Both the position numbers and the translations under genes were made by a program. Under the pieces are notes generated by a model, which saw nothing but the letters and a program-made list of their open reading frames with translations, was not told the DNA's origin and did not search any database. Positions 53,150 through 64,000 of a DNA stretch of 64,000 bases are shown piece after piece. This DNA is from Penicillus capitatus. Taxonomy: Eukaryota; Plantae; Chlorophyta. The first letter of the stretch is position 1; each line of letters opens with the position of its first letter. The stretch is from contig OZ287697.1 of assembly GCA_965649825.1 (NCBI GenBank), positions 1,474,351 to 1,538,350 on the forward strand. Reading direction: 5' to 3'.

Positions 53150-56100
53150 CTAGTGACTTGCACCCCTAGTGGGATTGACAGTGACCGAGGTTCTGCGGCG
53201 GCCACTGCCACGGCGGCGACACAGAGAAAGAAAACCCTGCTTGAACAGGACAAAGATGTGATCGGTTACGTAGACTCTGATAATGTGATGCGGTCCTGAA
53301 CGGGGATCGACTGGCACACCCTCGTTGATCAATGTCATCCTCAAGTACGTGGCACCAAAGCTGACGAAACAGCAGAGAAAGCAGAACAGCAGCGCGCCGT
53401 TGGACACGACAACACCCAGTGTCACCAGGACTCGAACGACCGAGGAGACTCTGTCTTCGCTGAAGAAGATGCTCGAGACAAAGGTCAGCGAGGACACGAG
53501 AATAGAGGCTCCCTCCATTTCGTTCAGGACGTCAAAATCGTGACGGTACGGACGGCAGACTATCTGCACGTACAGGGCCAGAATCAGGACGAACACTGCG
53601 AGAAGGTGCTGCAGATCGGCGCCCAGCGGGTAAGAGAAAACGACAACGACGGCCAGGATGGCCTTACGCAGCAGGATGATCGATTCCCAGAAGATGTACT
53701 TCTTCTCGTACGATCGGTAAAGGAAACCAGCAACGTCGTAGACCCATCCCTCCTTGTAGTCTTCCTTGACGTTGCAAACGGTGAGGTGACCAATGACGGC
53801 GGGAAAGCCGAATGTGAAGACGGCCAAGAACGGCCATCCCAGGACACCTGCCAGGACTGCGTGGGATCCCTCGTAGCACTTGATCGCGGTGTCGACCGAC
53901 CAGTAATCCGTTGTGTGGTCGACGCCGACGGAGACTGAGTCGTGGACTCTGATGCAGCTGAGGATCTTGACGAGAGACTTGCTCAGCGAGATGTAGCTGA
54001 TGTAGAAGATGACGAGGGCGCTCAGGGTAACCTTCTTCAGCAGATAGATCCACGTCTTCTGGTAGCAGGTCTTGATCATGAACCAGAAGACGGCGTAGAC
54101 GAGGATAGCGGCCAGGGGCTGGAAGATGTCGACCAGAGTGCTTCCGATGGATCGTTCGATCGAGGCAGTCGCTGGAATGATGCAGTCCACGGAACGATTG
54201 ACGGCTTCGGACGTGATGCCGCTGACGAACTCTGCAGAGAGGACAAGGCAGTGATCGACAGTTTGATGTCACGGTGATCCCTTACCGGCGGCTTCGAACA
54301 TGGCGATGATGGCGAGGGTCCACTCGACGTTGACAGCAATGGCGATTGCCGTCACCTGGAGAAAGTTCACGGTGATCTGCACACAACAGCCAAGATTGTC
54401 ACTCGTTCAGTGTGAGATGGATGTGCAGATATGACCTTGAACATCTCGACTGCTTTCCATTTTGCGAGTTCCGCTTCTTCAAGGCTCTGATCGGGATCGC
54501 TTCCTTGTTCCTGATCGCTTCCCTGACCGTATCGAGAGCTCAGAAATTTGCTAGGCACGTGCCCAGTGACCATCATCTCTACCATCTGTTCGTTGACCGG
54601 AACCGGACGCTCACTCGCAGAAGCGACGGGTGGCCGAGAAGAGGATCCCTGCTGCGACGAAGGCGAAGGCGATGGCGATGCGGCAGCGGCAGGAGTCTTT
54701 CGATTGCTTCGGACTGTGAAGCTTGACAGTCCCATCAGAACGAGAAAGGAGGCAAAGATCAGAGCGTAGTTGCCGAATCCCGAGAAGCACTTCTCGCAGA
54801 GGAAGGAGTGCGTCCTTCCGTAAGACTCCTTGCACGAACCGCAGAGAGGTCCATCGTGTCCCTGCGATACAAGTGTCTTAGAGGCTGAGATGACATCCAG
54901 ACGCACCTCTCTGCACTGCGCCTCTGCGTAGTTCTCGAGCGATTCCTCGTCGAAGTCGCAGCTCTGTACGTCTCTGGTCGCCTCAATCATACTCTGCTGC
55001 CTGTCTTCTGAGTCGCAGCCGTCAGATGCGAGACACCTCTGGATGTGTCCGGAGCACGGTGTCTTGTGCCAGTATCCCTTCTTCGGCAGAATCACTCGGG
55101 TCTCGCAGTTCCCGTTCTCGGGACACGGGTGGCAGGCCAGGTCGTCGTCCGGATGGAAGCTGAAAGTCGATGTCGTGCAGGGCTCGCAGAAGGTGCCGTT
55201 TCCCGATGGCACCTCGCCCATGTCGCAGCTCTTCACTTCGACGGTGATCTTCAGACTCTCGATCTGCTCTTGGTCGAATTCGACGACGACCTTGTAGGTG
55301 TCAGGCGTCGCAAACCCGGTGGTGGTGAGATGCACAAGATCCTGGTTCAGGAGCACCCCCGTGCTTCCGTCGAACAATCCATCTGGCGAAGACATCAGGG
55401 CCAGAACCTCTCTGTTGTCCATTCCGACTGCTGGACCTTGGCCGAAGCTGTCAAGGGCTCTCAGTGCAATCGCGGGAAGCGGCGAGCCGCTCTTGTAGTT
55501 GCTTATGATGTAGGCGTCTTCGTTTACCGACACCACGTCTTCCTCCTCCTCGCTGAGTATGTGCGACTGGACGCTGGACAGAAAGGATGCAACCTCTGGG
55601 CCGTATCTGGCAGCTGCGTTGCCCGACAGAGCTGGACAGATGTCCTCTGCGAATTCGAGGCCCATCAGCGACTCCATTTTCTTCCTTGAATAGAATTCCG
55701 GTGCATCACTGGACGTCTGGGCCCGACACTGGACTCGCACGATCGCCGCCCTGTCGACGACGACTCCTCCGCCAGCCGCTTCTGCTTCGTTCCCCGAGAT
55801 GGAAGAGTTGACGACGGCGACGACGCCGCAGATGTCTCCTTGTCTCTGCGAGTAGTTCTGGTGCGCCGCTTGCACCTCTCTGGCAACATGCAGTCCACCT
55901 GCGCGATAGGATGATCACTTCTCCTGTCTTGACGTCCATGAGAGTACCTCCGTACACTGCCGAGTTGTTCACCACAGTGCTCTCCTCCAACTGGAGGGCG
56001 AGGGATTGGGGATCGGTGTACTCGAGGAAGATCGCTCCTCCGCGTGTTGCTCTGTTGTCATGCAGTGTGCAGTTGGCGCACAGAATGCGCGAGGCGGATC

Positions 56101-59100
56101 TTCCCGCGATGGCACCACCGTCCTTCTCCGCTGTGCAGCGAGACACAGTCAGATTCTTCGCTCTGACATCGGACTCTGACAACGCAATGGCGCCTCCATC
56201 GACATCGGCACTGCCGTTGAACATCGACGTCGACTCCATGAACATCTCGCTCCTCTCCCCGGCACTGACAAAGCCGCCGCTTTCGGAGGCCTTTCCGTCG
56301 GCGATCTCCAGGTCGCTGAGGCTCAGCGTCGACTCGGAGAGGAAGAAGCTGCCACCCCGCTCGGCTGTACCATCTGTCAAGCTGCTGGATGTGATTCTCA
56401 GAGATGAAGCCTTCATGTGGCAATGTCCTCCGGATTCTTCGGCACGGTTGCCAGCAAATGTGACATTCGCCAGATTCCCGGTGGCATTCCTTCGCAGATC
56501 GAGAGCTCCGCCCAACCGGGCAGTGTTGTTGCTGATGCGCGCATCCGTGATGTTGACAGTGCCTGGCTCTGCGCAGAACAGTCCGCCTCCGTTGCTGGCA
56601 GCATTGTTTCCTGCGAGAAGCAGTTGGCTGGCAGCGAGAGTGCTCCGAGACAAGTGGATACCGCCTCCCTCCTCATCTGCATGACTGGCTGTGATGCTGA
56701 CATTTGTCATCACAGCAGATGCATGCTCCGCCAGGCGCAGTGCACCACCGTCCTTTGAGGCCCGACAGTCTTGGATGGTCGTATTCCGTATCGTGAGATT
56801 ACCATTGCCAACGTCCATGCACCCACCCAATCGAGCAGTGCCGTTCTCTAGTGATGAATCACTGATAAACAGAAGACTGTTTGCCCAAGCGTATATGAAG
56901 CCACCAGCCTCGCATTGGCTGTTCTTGAAAGTACATCGGCTCAGGTTGAGTGTGGAACGCTCGGTATGCAGTGAGCCACCGTTGTGCCTTCCCTGATTGT
57001 CGATGAAAGTAACGTTTACTAGAGCATCGTTGCTCCTGAAACCTTCCGCTATGGCGCCACCATCTCTGGCAGAATTGTTCTTGAAAAGAGAGTTGGTGAC
57101 GGTCAGGTTTGTTGAAGCGGTGGCAGAGAGGCCTCCGCCTTCTCGAATAGCAGTGTTGCTTTCGAAAACCAGCTCATCTCCAGACATCATTGATCCAAAT
57201 TCGTAGACGCCCCCTCCATACACTGCTCGATTTTCTACAAAGCGTGTACGAGTGATGACAGCTGCTGCAAATGGGGTCACATGGATGCCGCCTCCAACAT
57301 ACCCGGCGTGGCACCCTTGTAAGGTTGCATTGTGAACAGTGACTGTTGCCATATCACAGTTCACGCAAGCGCCTGACCTTGCAGTGCCATTTCTGAACAC
57401 AGAATGTCTGATGTCGACGTGTGATCCCTCTTTGATCTCCAGACATCCGCCACTCACTTCTGCCCTTCCGTCGATGAGGACGCACCGCCTGATGGTGGCA
57501 TTCGATTCGGAGACATGCACGGATCCTCCCTCTGAAGATGCAGAATTCTTGGTGAAGTTCACGTCGACGAAGCCGCCAACAGAACTTGACGAAAGCCTGA
57601 CGGCACCACCCCTCTCAGCCGTGTTGTTGCGGAAGAGCGTGTCGCTGATGCACAGTTCTGACTCCACGGCGTGCACGGCGCTCCCACTGTTGTCTGCCAG
57701 ATTCAGTCCATCGCCGACGATGTGCGACTCCGTGACGTAGAGTCCCGCTCCTTGTTCTGCCGATCCTTTGTCGATGCGGCATCTTCGGATGTCGAGTCTG
57801 GATTCCTTGGCGTGAACTGTGCCGCCAGACGTCGCTGCGTTGTTCTGGTCGAACTCGCAGTCGGAGAGGTTGGCCGAGAGGGCCAGATCCAGATAGAGAA
57901 CGCCGCCGACGTCAGCTGCGTTCTTGCTGAAAGTGCTATCTGCGATGGCGACGTCAGACTCGGAGGCGGCCAGCACTCCGCCAGAACTGTTGGCGCTGTT
58001 TGCGACGAATCGGCATGACTGGATGACAGCAGAGCTGGATGCTCGAAGACTCAAGGCGCCACCCTCTCTTGCCTCGTTCCGTCTAAATGTGTCGTTCGCC
58101 AAAGTCACATTCGAGCCTGTTGCTAAGATGGTGGATCCAGTCGTGCAAGCATTCTCTTCGAAACGAGTGTCCCGGACGGATGCAGATGCATTCGACAGTC
58201 GAATGCAGGGAGTGGCAGCGTCCGCCTCGGATACGTTGACTGTGTTCTGGACAAAGGAAGCGTTGGACAGATCCAACGACCCACTCTCGACGTGAAGGAT
58301 GGGACACGCGTTCCCCGTTGCGTCCATGCGCTCGATGGATGTCTCTGACCCGTCTGGCCCGCGGAACACGACTGTGCTGGCGTTGGCAGAGTCCGACAGA
58401 CGGTTCTGCCGAACTCGGATGTTCTCCAGCCGGTTCCGACGGGACAGCGTCACACCACAGTGACCGCCACACTCGTTGTCGGAGAATTCGAAGTCCATCA
58501 GCTCCAGTCCGGAGCAGGAAGGACTCTCAATGGCGAGAGCAGCAGCATCGATCACGGTGTTCCGCTCGAAGCTGACGTGCTGAAGCTGGATGACGCCTTG
58601 CGTTCTGTCGGACTGGCACTGCTCCACCTCGACGATACCTCGAGACCCAGAAGAACCTCTCAGAGAGCAGTTCTCGAATCTGAGATTGGCAAACAGAACA
58701 CTTCTGGATCTACACAGAAACAGAGTGTAAAGCTGCCTTCTCGCCAAGGCTGGTAGGCTCACTTGACAAGGAAGACGCCTTCTCCGTCGCCGGGGCATGT
58801 GATGGGCGCCTTCCGTGGGGCTCTCGGATAGAGACCCTCCACACTCCGAGTTCTGCCCGTCGTTGCGCTGATCGTCACGTTCCACGGAATGATGACTGTA
58901 GCCGCGGGCTGGATGTCTACAGTGACGTCGAAGACGAGCGTATCTCCTTCTGCCGTACAGTTGACGATGACCTGCAGGTCGTTGTCAATCGCCTCAAGGA
59001 CATCGCCGTCGATGCGCCAAGTACGCGCCGCTGCGTCGAGATACCGACGCACCTCGCTTCTGCTCAAGACGCACGGATAGTCTGAGCAAATTCACATACC

Positions 59101-59399
59101 AAGTCCTCAGTCCATCGTGGCGCAACCGCTGTCTCGTAGTGCTCACCCGAATCTGAACTGTCAGCGTCGTCCTGCAGCAGGCGTTTCCCGAGACTCTGTT
59201 TTCCGATAGCGAATTCGCCGTCCGTCGGCCGAGACGCCGCCATGCGCGAAGAATCGTCGAACCCTTCAATGCCGTTTCCGACCCTCTCCGACACGGGTCG
59301 GCTACGGTCCGAACGTATGGTCGTTTCAGCTGTGGCGCATAGCGAGGGAAGAATTGGCAGGAGGCAGAAAACGGAGAGGAATCGCAGGAGAGTGGCCAT
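53150..59399 (-). CDS. G8: Pmp-repeat beta-helix multi-pass receptor-like protein, 1,974 aa, convergent with G7
   Basis: Signal peptide MATLLRFLSVFCLLPILPSLCATA. Introns 59082-59146, 58710-58762, 55899-55947, 54862-54906, 54377-54435 and 54232-54285 give 1,975 codons. Family motifs are intact. Confidence 0.88.
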
Positions 59400-62300
59400 G
59401 GAGAGAGTTGCAATGTCCGTTTCGCCGACAATGAACGCCTCCGAATATAAAAAGCCTCGACGGTTGTCTGGACATTCTACCCATCGCGAATCACCGTCCC
59501 AGCTTGGAAGCTGGCCGAAACTGATCGATAGGGTGCATCATTGACCGGTCTTCGCTTCTCCACGCGTCCGGTTCGATGGCCTCTTCTGAACCGCAGGAAG
59601 AGCTTGCGCCGCTGGTGTTCTAGCGGTCGCTTCTAAGCGACGACATCGCGACGGACAGGAGAAGAGAATCCTGGGCTTCGCATGCGGACACGCGGGACGA
59701 CCGTGACGCGACGGACGTGATCGATTCCACCGCGCGGCAGCTGCCCGTCGACCGAGCTTCCGTATCCCTGCCTCCTTTGCTTCTAGGCGAGCACCTTCCG
59801 TGTCGAAGAAGCGACTCAACAGCCATCTTGCCTCCGAGTTCGGCCGAGCAATTGTTTATGACACGAATGGTGTAGTAACTGCACCCTGCAGAAACAGATT
59901 AGATGTGGCTGAAAACGCTTCTCCGCCTCTCTGTCGCGGCAGATACTCGCCAACAGATACTGAGGTGGTTTACCGAGGTGCACTGCCACTCAATATATCT
60001 TCATCCAGAAAGCGGAGCTGGAATGGAGATGATACAAGCTTAGTGGCACAGAGCAGGTAAGGATAGACTCCGGTCATGTCATTTTATCGGAAGCAATAAG
60101 GCCAGACGGAGAAGCGCAAAAACCAAGTCTCTTTGCAGCTGCAGTGTTCTGTAGGAGAACGTGATGGAAGGAAGGCATGTCACTCGGAAGCGTGGGTGTG
60201 ATCTATCTGCATGACTGGTATCGCACCACGTCAATGACATCCTGGATGTTGGAAACGAGCACAGGATCCCCGGATGGATTTACAACCTGCTGGCTCGCGG
60301 CATCATACACTTTGTGTTACCTGCTGATTCACAGAAAGATGTATGCTACCTGTGACCCGTTGACATGCCCGACCGTAGACAATACCGTATTTTACTGTAA
60401 ATACGCTTTTGCTGTGTGTTCGTTCTTGCGCGCGTCGTACGACAACAGGTCGCAGATAGAACAGACGGAGACTCAGTTTCGTAGACAGGAAGCCTGCTGT
60501 GCTTCGTTCGACGGCGGAAACTTCTGCTCTGTCATCTGCTGAGAAGAGGACTTACTGTGGTGGCGTCGGTAGATCCTGCTGCCATGGGGGAGAGACGAGA
60601 AGTGACAGTACCACTGGACTGCATACTTACAAATCGAAAGCAGACCCAGAAAGGCGGCGTACACAGCATCTCAGCAACACAGAAGGAATCAGCTGAGGTG
60701 TATGGAAGCTGATGAGAACATGCACTCTTCGGTGTCTTGACTGAATATCATGTCTGTCAGGACAGGCACTCGGATGATGTCGTCGGCCAAGAGCATAGTT
60801 ACGAAGACTTTTTGGCTTCAATGAGCACATTGGTATCATATGGACACCTGCTGCGTAACTAACCACTTTCATTACATGTAAGATCGAAGGTGTGACAGTC
60901 CACGTTGCATTCTCTCTCATTCACCTAATCGAGACGCGCTTACTAGATAAGATGATCGATCAATGTGCAGAAAACTAGATGCTTCCAGAAAGTGTTTAAT
61001 CGGACTCGGAGAATTGGACTCTTGAGAGCAGCATTTCTGTGGGAGATCACCATCACATCGACAAAGATGTCACTCAGGTATATGAGTGCCCTCTTTCTAA
61101 TAAAACCGATAAACGGACGTGATACCTGATTTTGGACTTAAGAAGGAAGTCTGTCCGGTTCAGGATTAGTCAAACGAGCTGTCGGCGAATATACACTACG
61201 TGACACAGATACTTCTTTCACTAAACACGTCAAAACAGACGCACACAAATGCTCAGAGTTGTTAAGTGTTCAAAACATTACGCCGCCATACAACGTGATC
61301 TTGGATATGTGCGGTAAGGCCACGCCAGTAGACGGCGACAAACAGGGAATTGGACAATCGAGGAGCAGTAGCAAGAAGGCGGAGGCTTTCTGATCGAACC
61401 AGCTCAACTGACTTTCTCGCTTCTTGGAAGAATCCAAGCTTCTCTCCATACGCCACACGCTGCATTTGTATGCAAGAAACAGTTGCGGGTGCAAAAATCA
61501 CGTTCACATCGAACACGATATCCGCCTCGCATCTGAACTCGGAGTCCGATGATAAAAAGTCTATCCGAGAAGGCACAAGACAGAAGAGACAGTTATCTGA
61601 GAGCTCGAAACCTGCAATGCCCTTGGGCAAACCTTCGTAAAAGCGTACGGCACATATCCGGCCTCATCTCCGAAGTCAACTTGCAGCGCGAACGATTCGA
61701 AAACTCGCGCTAAACGCTACCGAGAACATATACGCGTCGAAAGGCTTGAGACATACACTTCCTTAGACGCAAACAGACGCCATGACTCGATCAGACGCAT
61801 TTCAATCTTGTAGCAAGAACATGAGAGGGGCTGAGTGATGGATTTGTATAGAAGATGGCAGTGAATGGAGTTCCCGAGTGGCGAGAGCTATCAAGTCATG
61901 TGTCGAAGAAGATATGGTTTCTTTCAGAATATCCGCATCCTGGCATGCGTGGTCTGGGTCTCAAACGGAAATGGGCACGCTTACCGAGAGATGCGTACTG
62001 CGTGTGAGGACTCGGCTTGTATCGGTGAGAGAGGGTTTCTTGCAGGGATGGTGGCAGTTTGCCGTTTCGTCGACGCAGTGAAGGACGGTGTGCTTCTGCG
62101 CCACCGGGATCTGTGACGACTGATGGGACCCTTCGAGGAAGGGTAGCTGTCGCGCCGGCGCCAGAGAACGTAGTCGAGGAAACAATGTTAAACGGCAAAT
62201 TATCCTTCGGTCCGCAGATCAACAACACCCTAAATGTAATCGTTATGAGTTCTCATTGACCGACACCGCTTCCCTGCGCACTACTGAAAAGGGCAAAATG

Positions 62301-62820
62301 TGACAGAAAGGTATGCACAAAGAAACAGAATAGGATTGAGATCCAATGACCTAAACAGTAAAGACATCAAAAATAAAGTTCTCATTCTAGAAATCGCCCC
62401 GGGGCCACCTTTACAAATGTCACAGCCAAAAAATAAATTGTTGACAAATAAAGAAAAGGATCGCGGAGATTCGAGTCAATCAGCCGTCATATCATGATCT
62501 ACCTCATACTGAGGGCCGCAAACGAGATGAATGATACGGTCCTGTAAGTGTTCTGCGTAAAGTCTGTGTCCAGAAGAGTGCTCGATGCACCAGAGTCGAT
62601 TGCCTAGCTCGCAAAACGTGAGGACCTGTCCAAGGTGTGTCCAGAGGGTTACGACGTCTGTCTAGCCTCCATAAAAGGACAAGAGAACCCGGCTGTTATG
62701 GAGGTTGCTAATGTTTATTGGTCCCACTCCGGAGAGCTGCCCGTCTCTGCTCAGCTGTAGTACATCATTAGCCAAAAAAAGGCCATTGGTCCAACACTTC
62801 TCACTCGATTTCCTCGCCAC

Positions 62821-64000
62821 TTTTGTTCCGACCAAGGAGCTAGTCGGAGGCAGTAAATCCAGTAATACGATGGACTGCTTCGTTCAGGAGTTTCTCCGCC
62901 TCGAAGCAAGTAGGCATCGGTCCTGGCTAAGCCCGGTGTCGACGGATTTGGCGCTTGAGCGTCTGGATGGCCTGTTCAGCCATCCCATTGGAATAAGAGG
63001 AACCGACTCTTGTTGTTAAGTGTGACCTAGATGATGCTGGCACCAGTCTTGGACGTCTCTGCCCGTGAACACCCGCGCATTGTTCGTGACAATAGCCCGA
63101 ATGGTCACTCAACTGAGCAATTTTTTATTAAGTTGGCGGTACTTACATCCCCTTTTAAAGTGAAACATCAGAGGAGAGGCCGAACACATTGTTCATTGTT
63201 CATAGTGACTCAAACTAGTTCATGTGGATTAACACCACCTTCTTCCTTGTGAGGTCCATTCTCTTGCGATGTTGTCCAGGAATGCCGCCAGCGAGCTCGG
63301 GGCATTCCAAGGAGAGTGAGATTGCCCTTCACTAGTTAACAGTTCTTGCTGGTAAGTCCTTCGGATGCCATCAAATCGGGTGCAGGAGTGGAGCAGGTGA
63401 TCTCTGTCTTCGTCTCCTTGCCCACATTCGCAAATTGCGTCTACCTCAACTGAGCAATGACGGCTCCGCCATCTCTCTCTAAGGCGGACACAACAACATC
63501 AGAGTTGATTGTCTTGCCACTAAAACTGGATGAAGCGAGTCCGTCCGTCCACAATGACCAAGAAGGACTGTCGTAGTCCTCTCCAGCTGATGGGCGCAGC
63601 CCAATTCACGTACAGATCTGATTCGGACGGGAATGTTCTAGACCGGCCCATGGGTCGCGAAACTGTCGATGAGCAAATCTCTGACAGACCTCGCATCGTT
63701 AAATCCACTCTTGCACATCATCACGCTCTCCAACCCAGCACCGACCATCTCGTCTCAAATGTTGCATCGTCTTGTCAAAAGACTAGTGTCCACGGTGGGC
63801 GTTTGCTAACCATCGCTGCTTGTGTTCCAAACTTGGGGCATCGCACCATGTAGCTCCATTCTTCATCTCCAGTCAACTTGTCATGATAACGGCTTAAAGC
63901 ATCTGCCACTGCATTGTCTTGACCCGGCAGAAAGAGTACACTGAATCGACCAGCAAAGTTGGCTAACGGCCACTCCACCAGATGCGTCGCCCGAATTCCT
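62821..64000 (-). mobile_element. Degraded Ty3/gypsy LTR-retrotransposon pol (RNase H end, integrase zinc finger and core)
   Basis: Minus-strand order: PGQDNAVADALSR (RNase H C-terminus); HRGH..W..DV..CEVCQ (HHCC); FLVIVDGRTRF; IVTNNARVF; SNGMAEQAIQTLKR; NEAVHRITGFTASDxLLGR. Several stops and frameshifts. RH-then-IN order is gypsy-type. Continues past the window end. Confidence 0.88.
63122..63444 (-). mobile_element. 5'-truncated non-LTR retrotransposon (LINE) 3' end inserted in the gypsy integrase
   Basis: 14-bp TSD CTCAACTGAGCAAT at 63108-63121 and 63445-63458. Open 71-aa frame (63444-63229) VDAICECGQGDEDRDHLLHSCTRF... carries a C-x-C-x8-H-x4-C knuckle. About 105-nt 3' UTR ending TAATAAAAA. 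Confidence 0.88.

Noticed and set aside
59445-59870. Plus-strand TATAAAAA and an RSLLSDD-containing frame suggesting a divergent gene or another paralog's 5' end
   Set aside because: No credible ATG plus signal peptide, an in-frame TAG, and no downstream cap-domain exon.
59900-62290. Several 60-120 aa ORFs (e.g. 61262-61630, -) upstream of G8
   Set aside because: No recognisable motif or consistent splice pattern; left unannotated. A translated search would be needed.

Overview
Eukaryotic genomic DNA (~50% GC, standard genetic code) with very short spliceosomal introns (42-68 nt). Most ORF-track entries are exon pieces or antisense shadows. The window is dominated by a tandem array of one receptor-like gene family. 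Six end-to-end paralog models (here G3, G4, G5, G6, G7 on +, G8 on -) are 1,933-2,048 codons after splicing, and each model's spliced length is divisible by 3. G1 is cut by the window edge, and three relics are present. Shared architecture: signal peptide; low-complexity pro-region ending in (R/K)xLx-Q; a ~100-aa Cys-bracketed cap domain; a single-exon ~850-1,020-aa beta-helix of Chlamydia Pmp-type GGA(I/V/L)/FxxN repeats; a stalk; a Cys-rich module; and a membrane domain of ~8-9 helices with GFLYxxY...WExxxxxRK. The array shows birth-and-death evolution: a ~10.5-kb segmental duplication, membrane-domain-only relics, a nonsense allele, and reshuffled 3-rung and 5-rung repeat cassettes. Hand splicing also reveals a small, TATA-bearing, multi-intron gene for a secreted Cys-rich protein inside the array (15756-16390, -). 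Mobile DNA: a solo-LTR-like insert with its empty site visible in the paralog, a MITE candidate, and a degraded Ty3/gypsy pol interrupted by a 5'-truncated LINE with a 14-bp TSD. The organism cannot be determined from sequence alone; a compact algal or protist genome is my inference. All alignments and counts were done by eye; no database searches were run.
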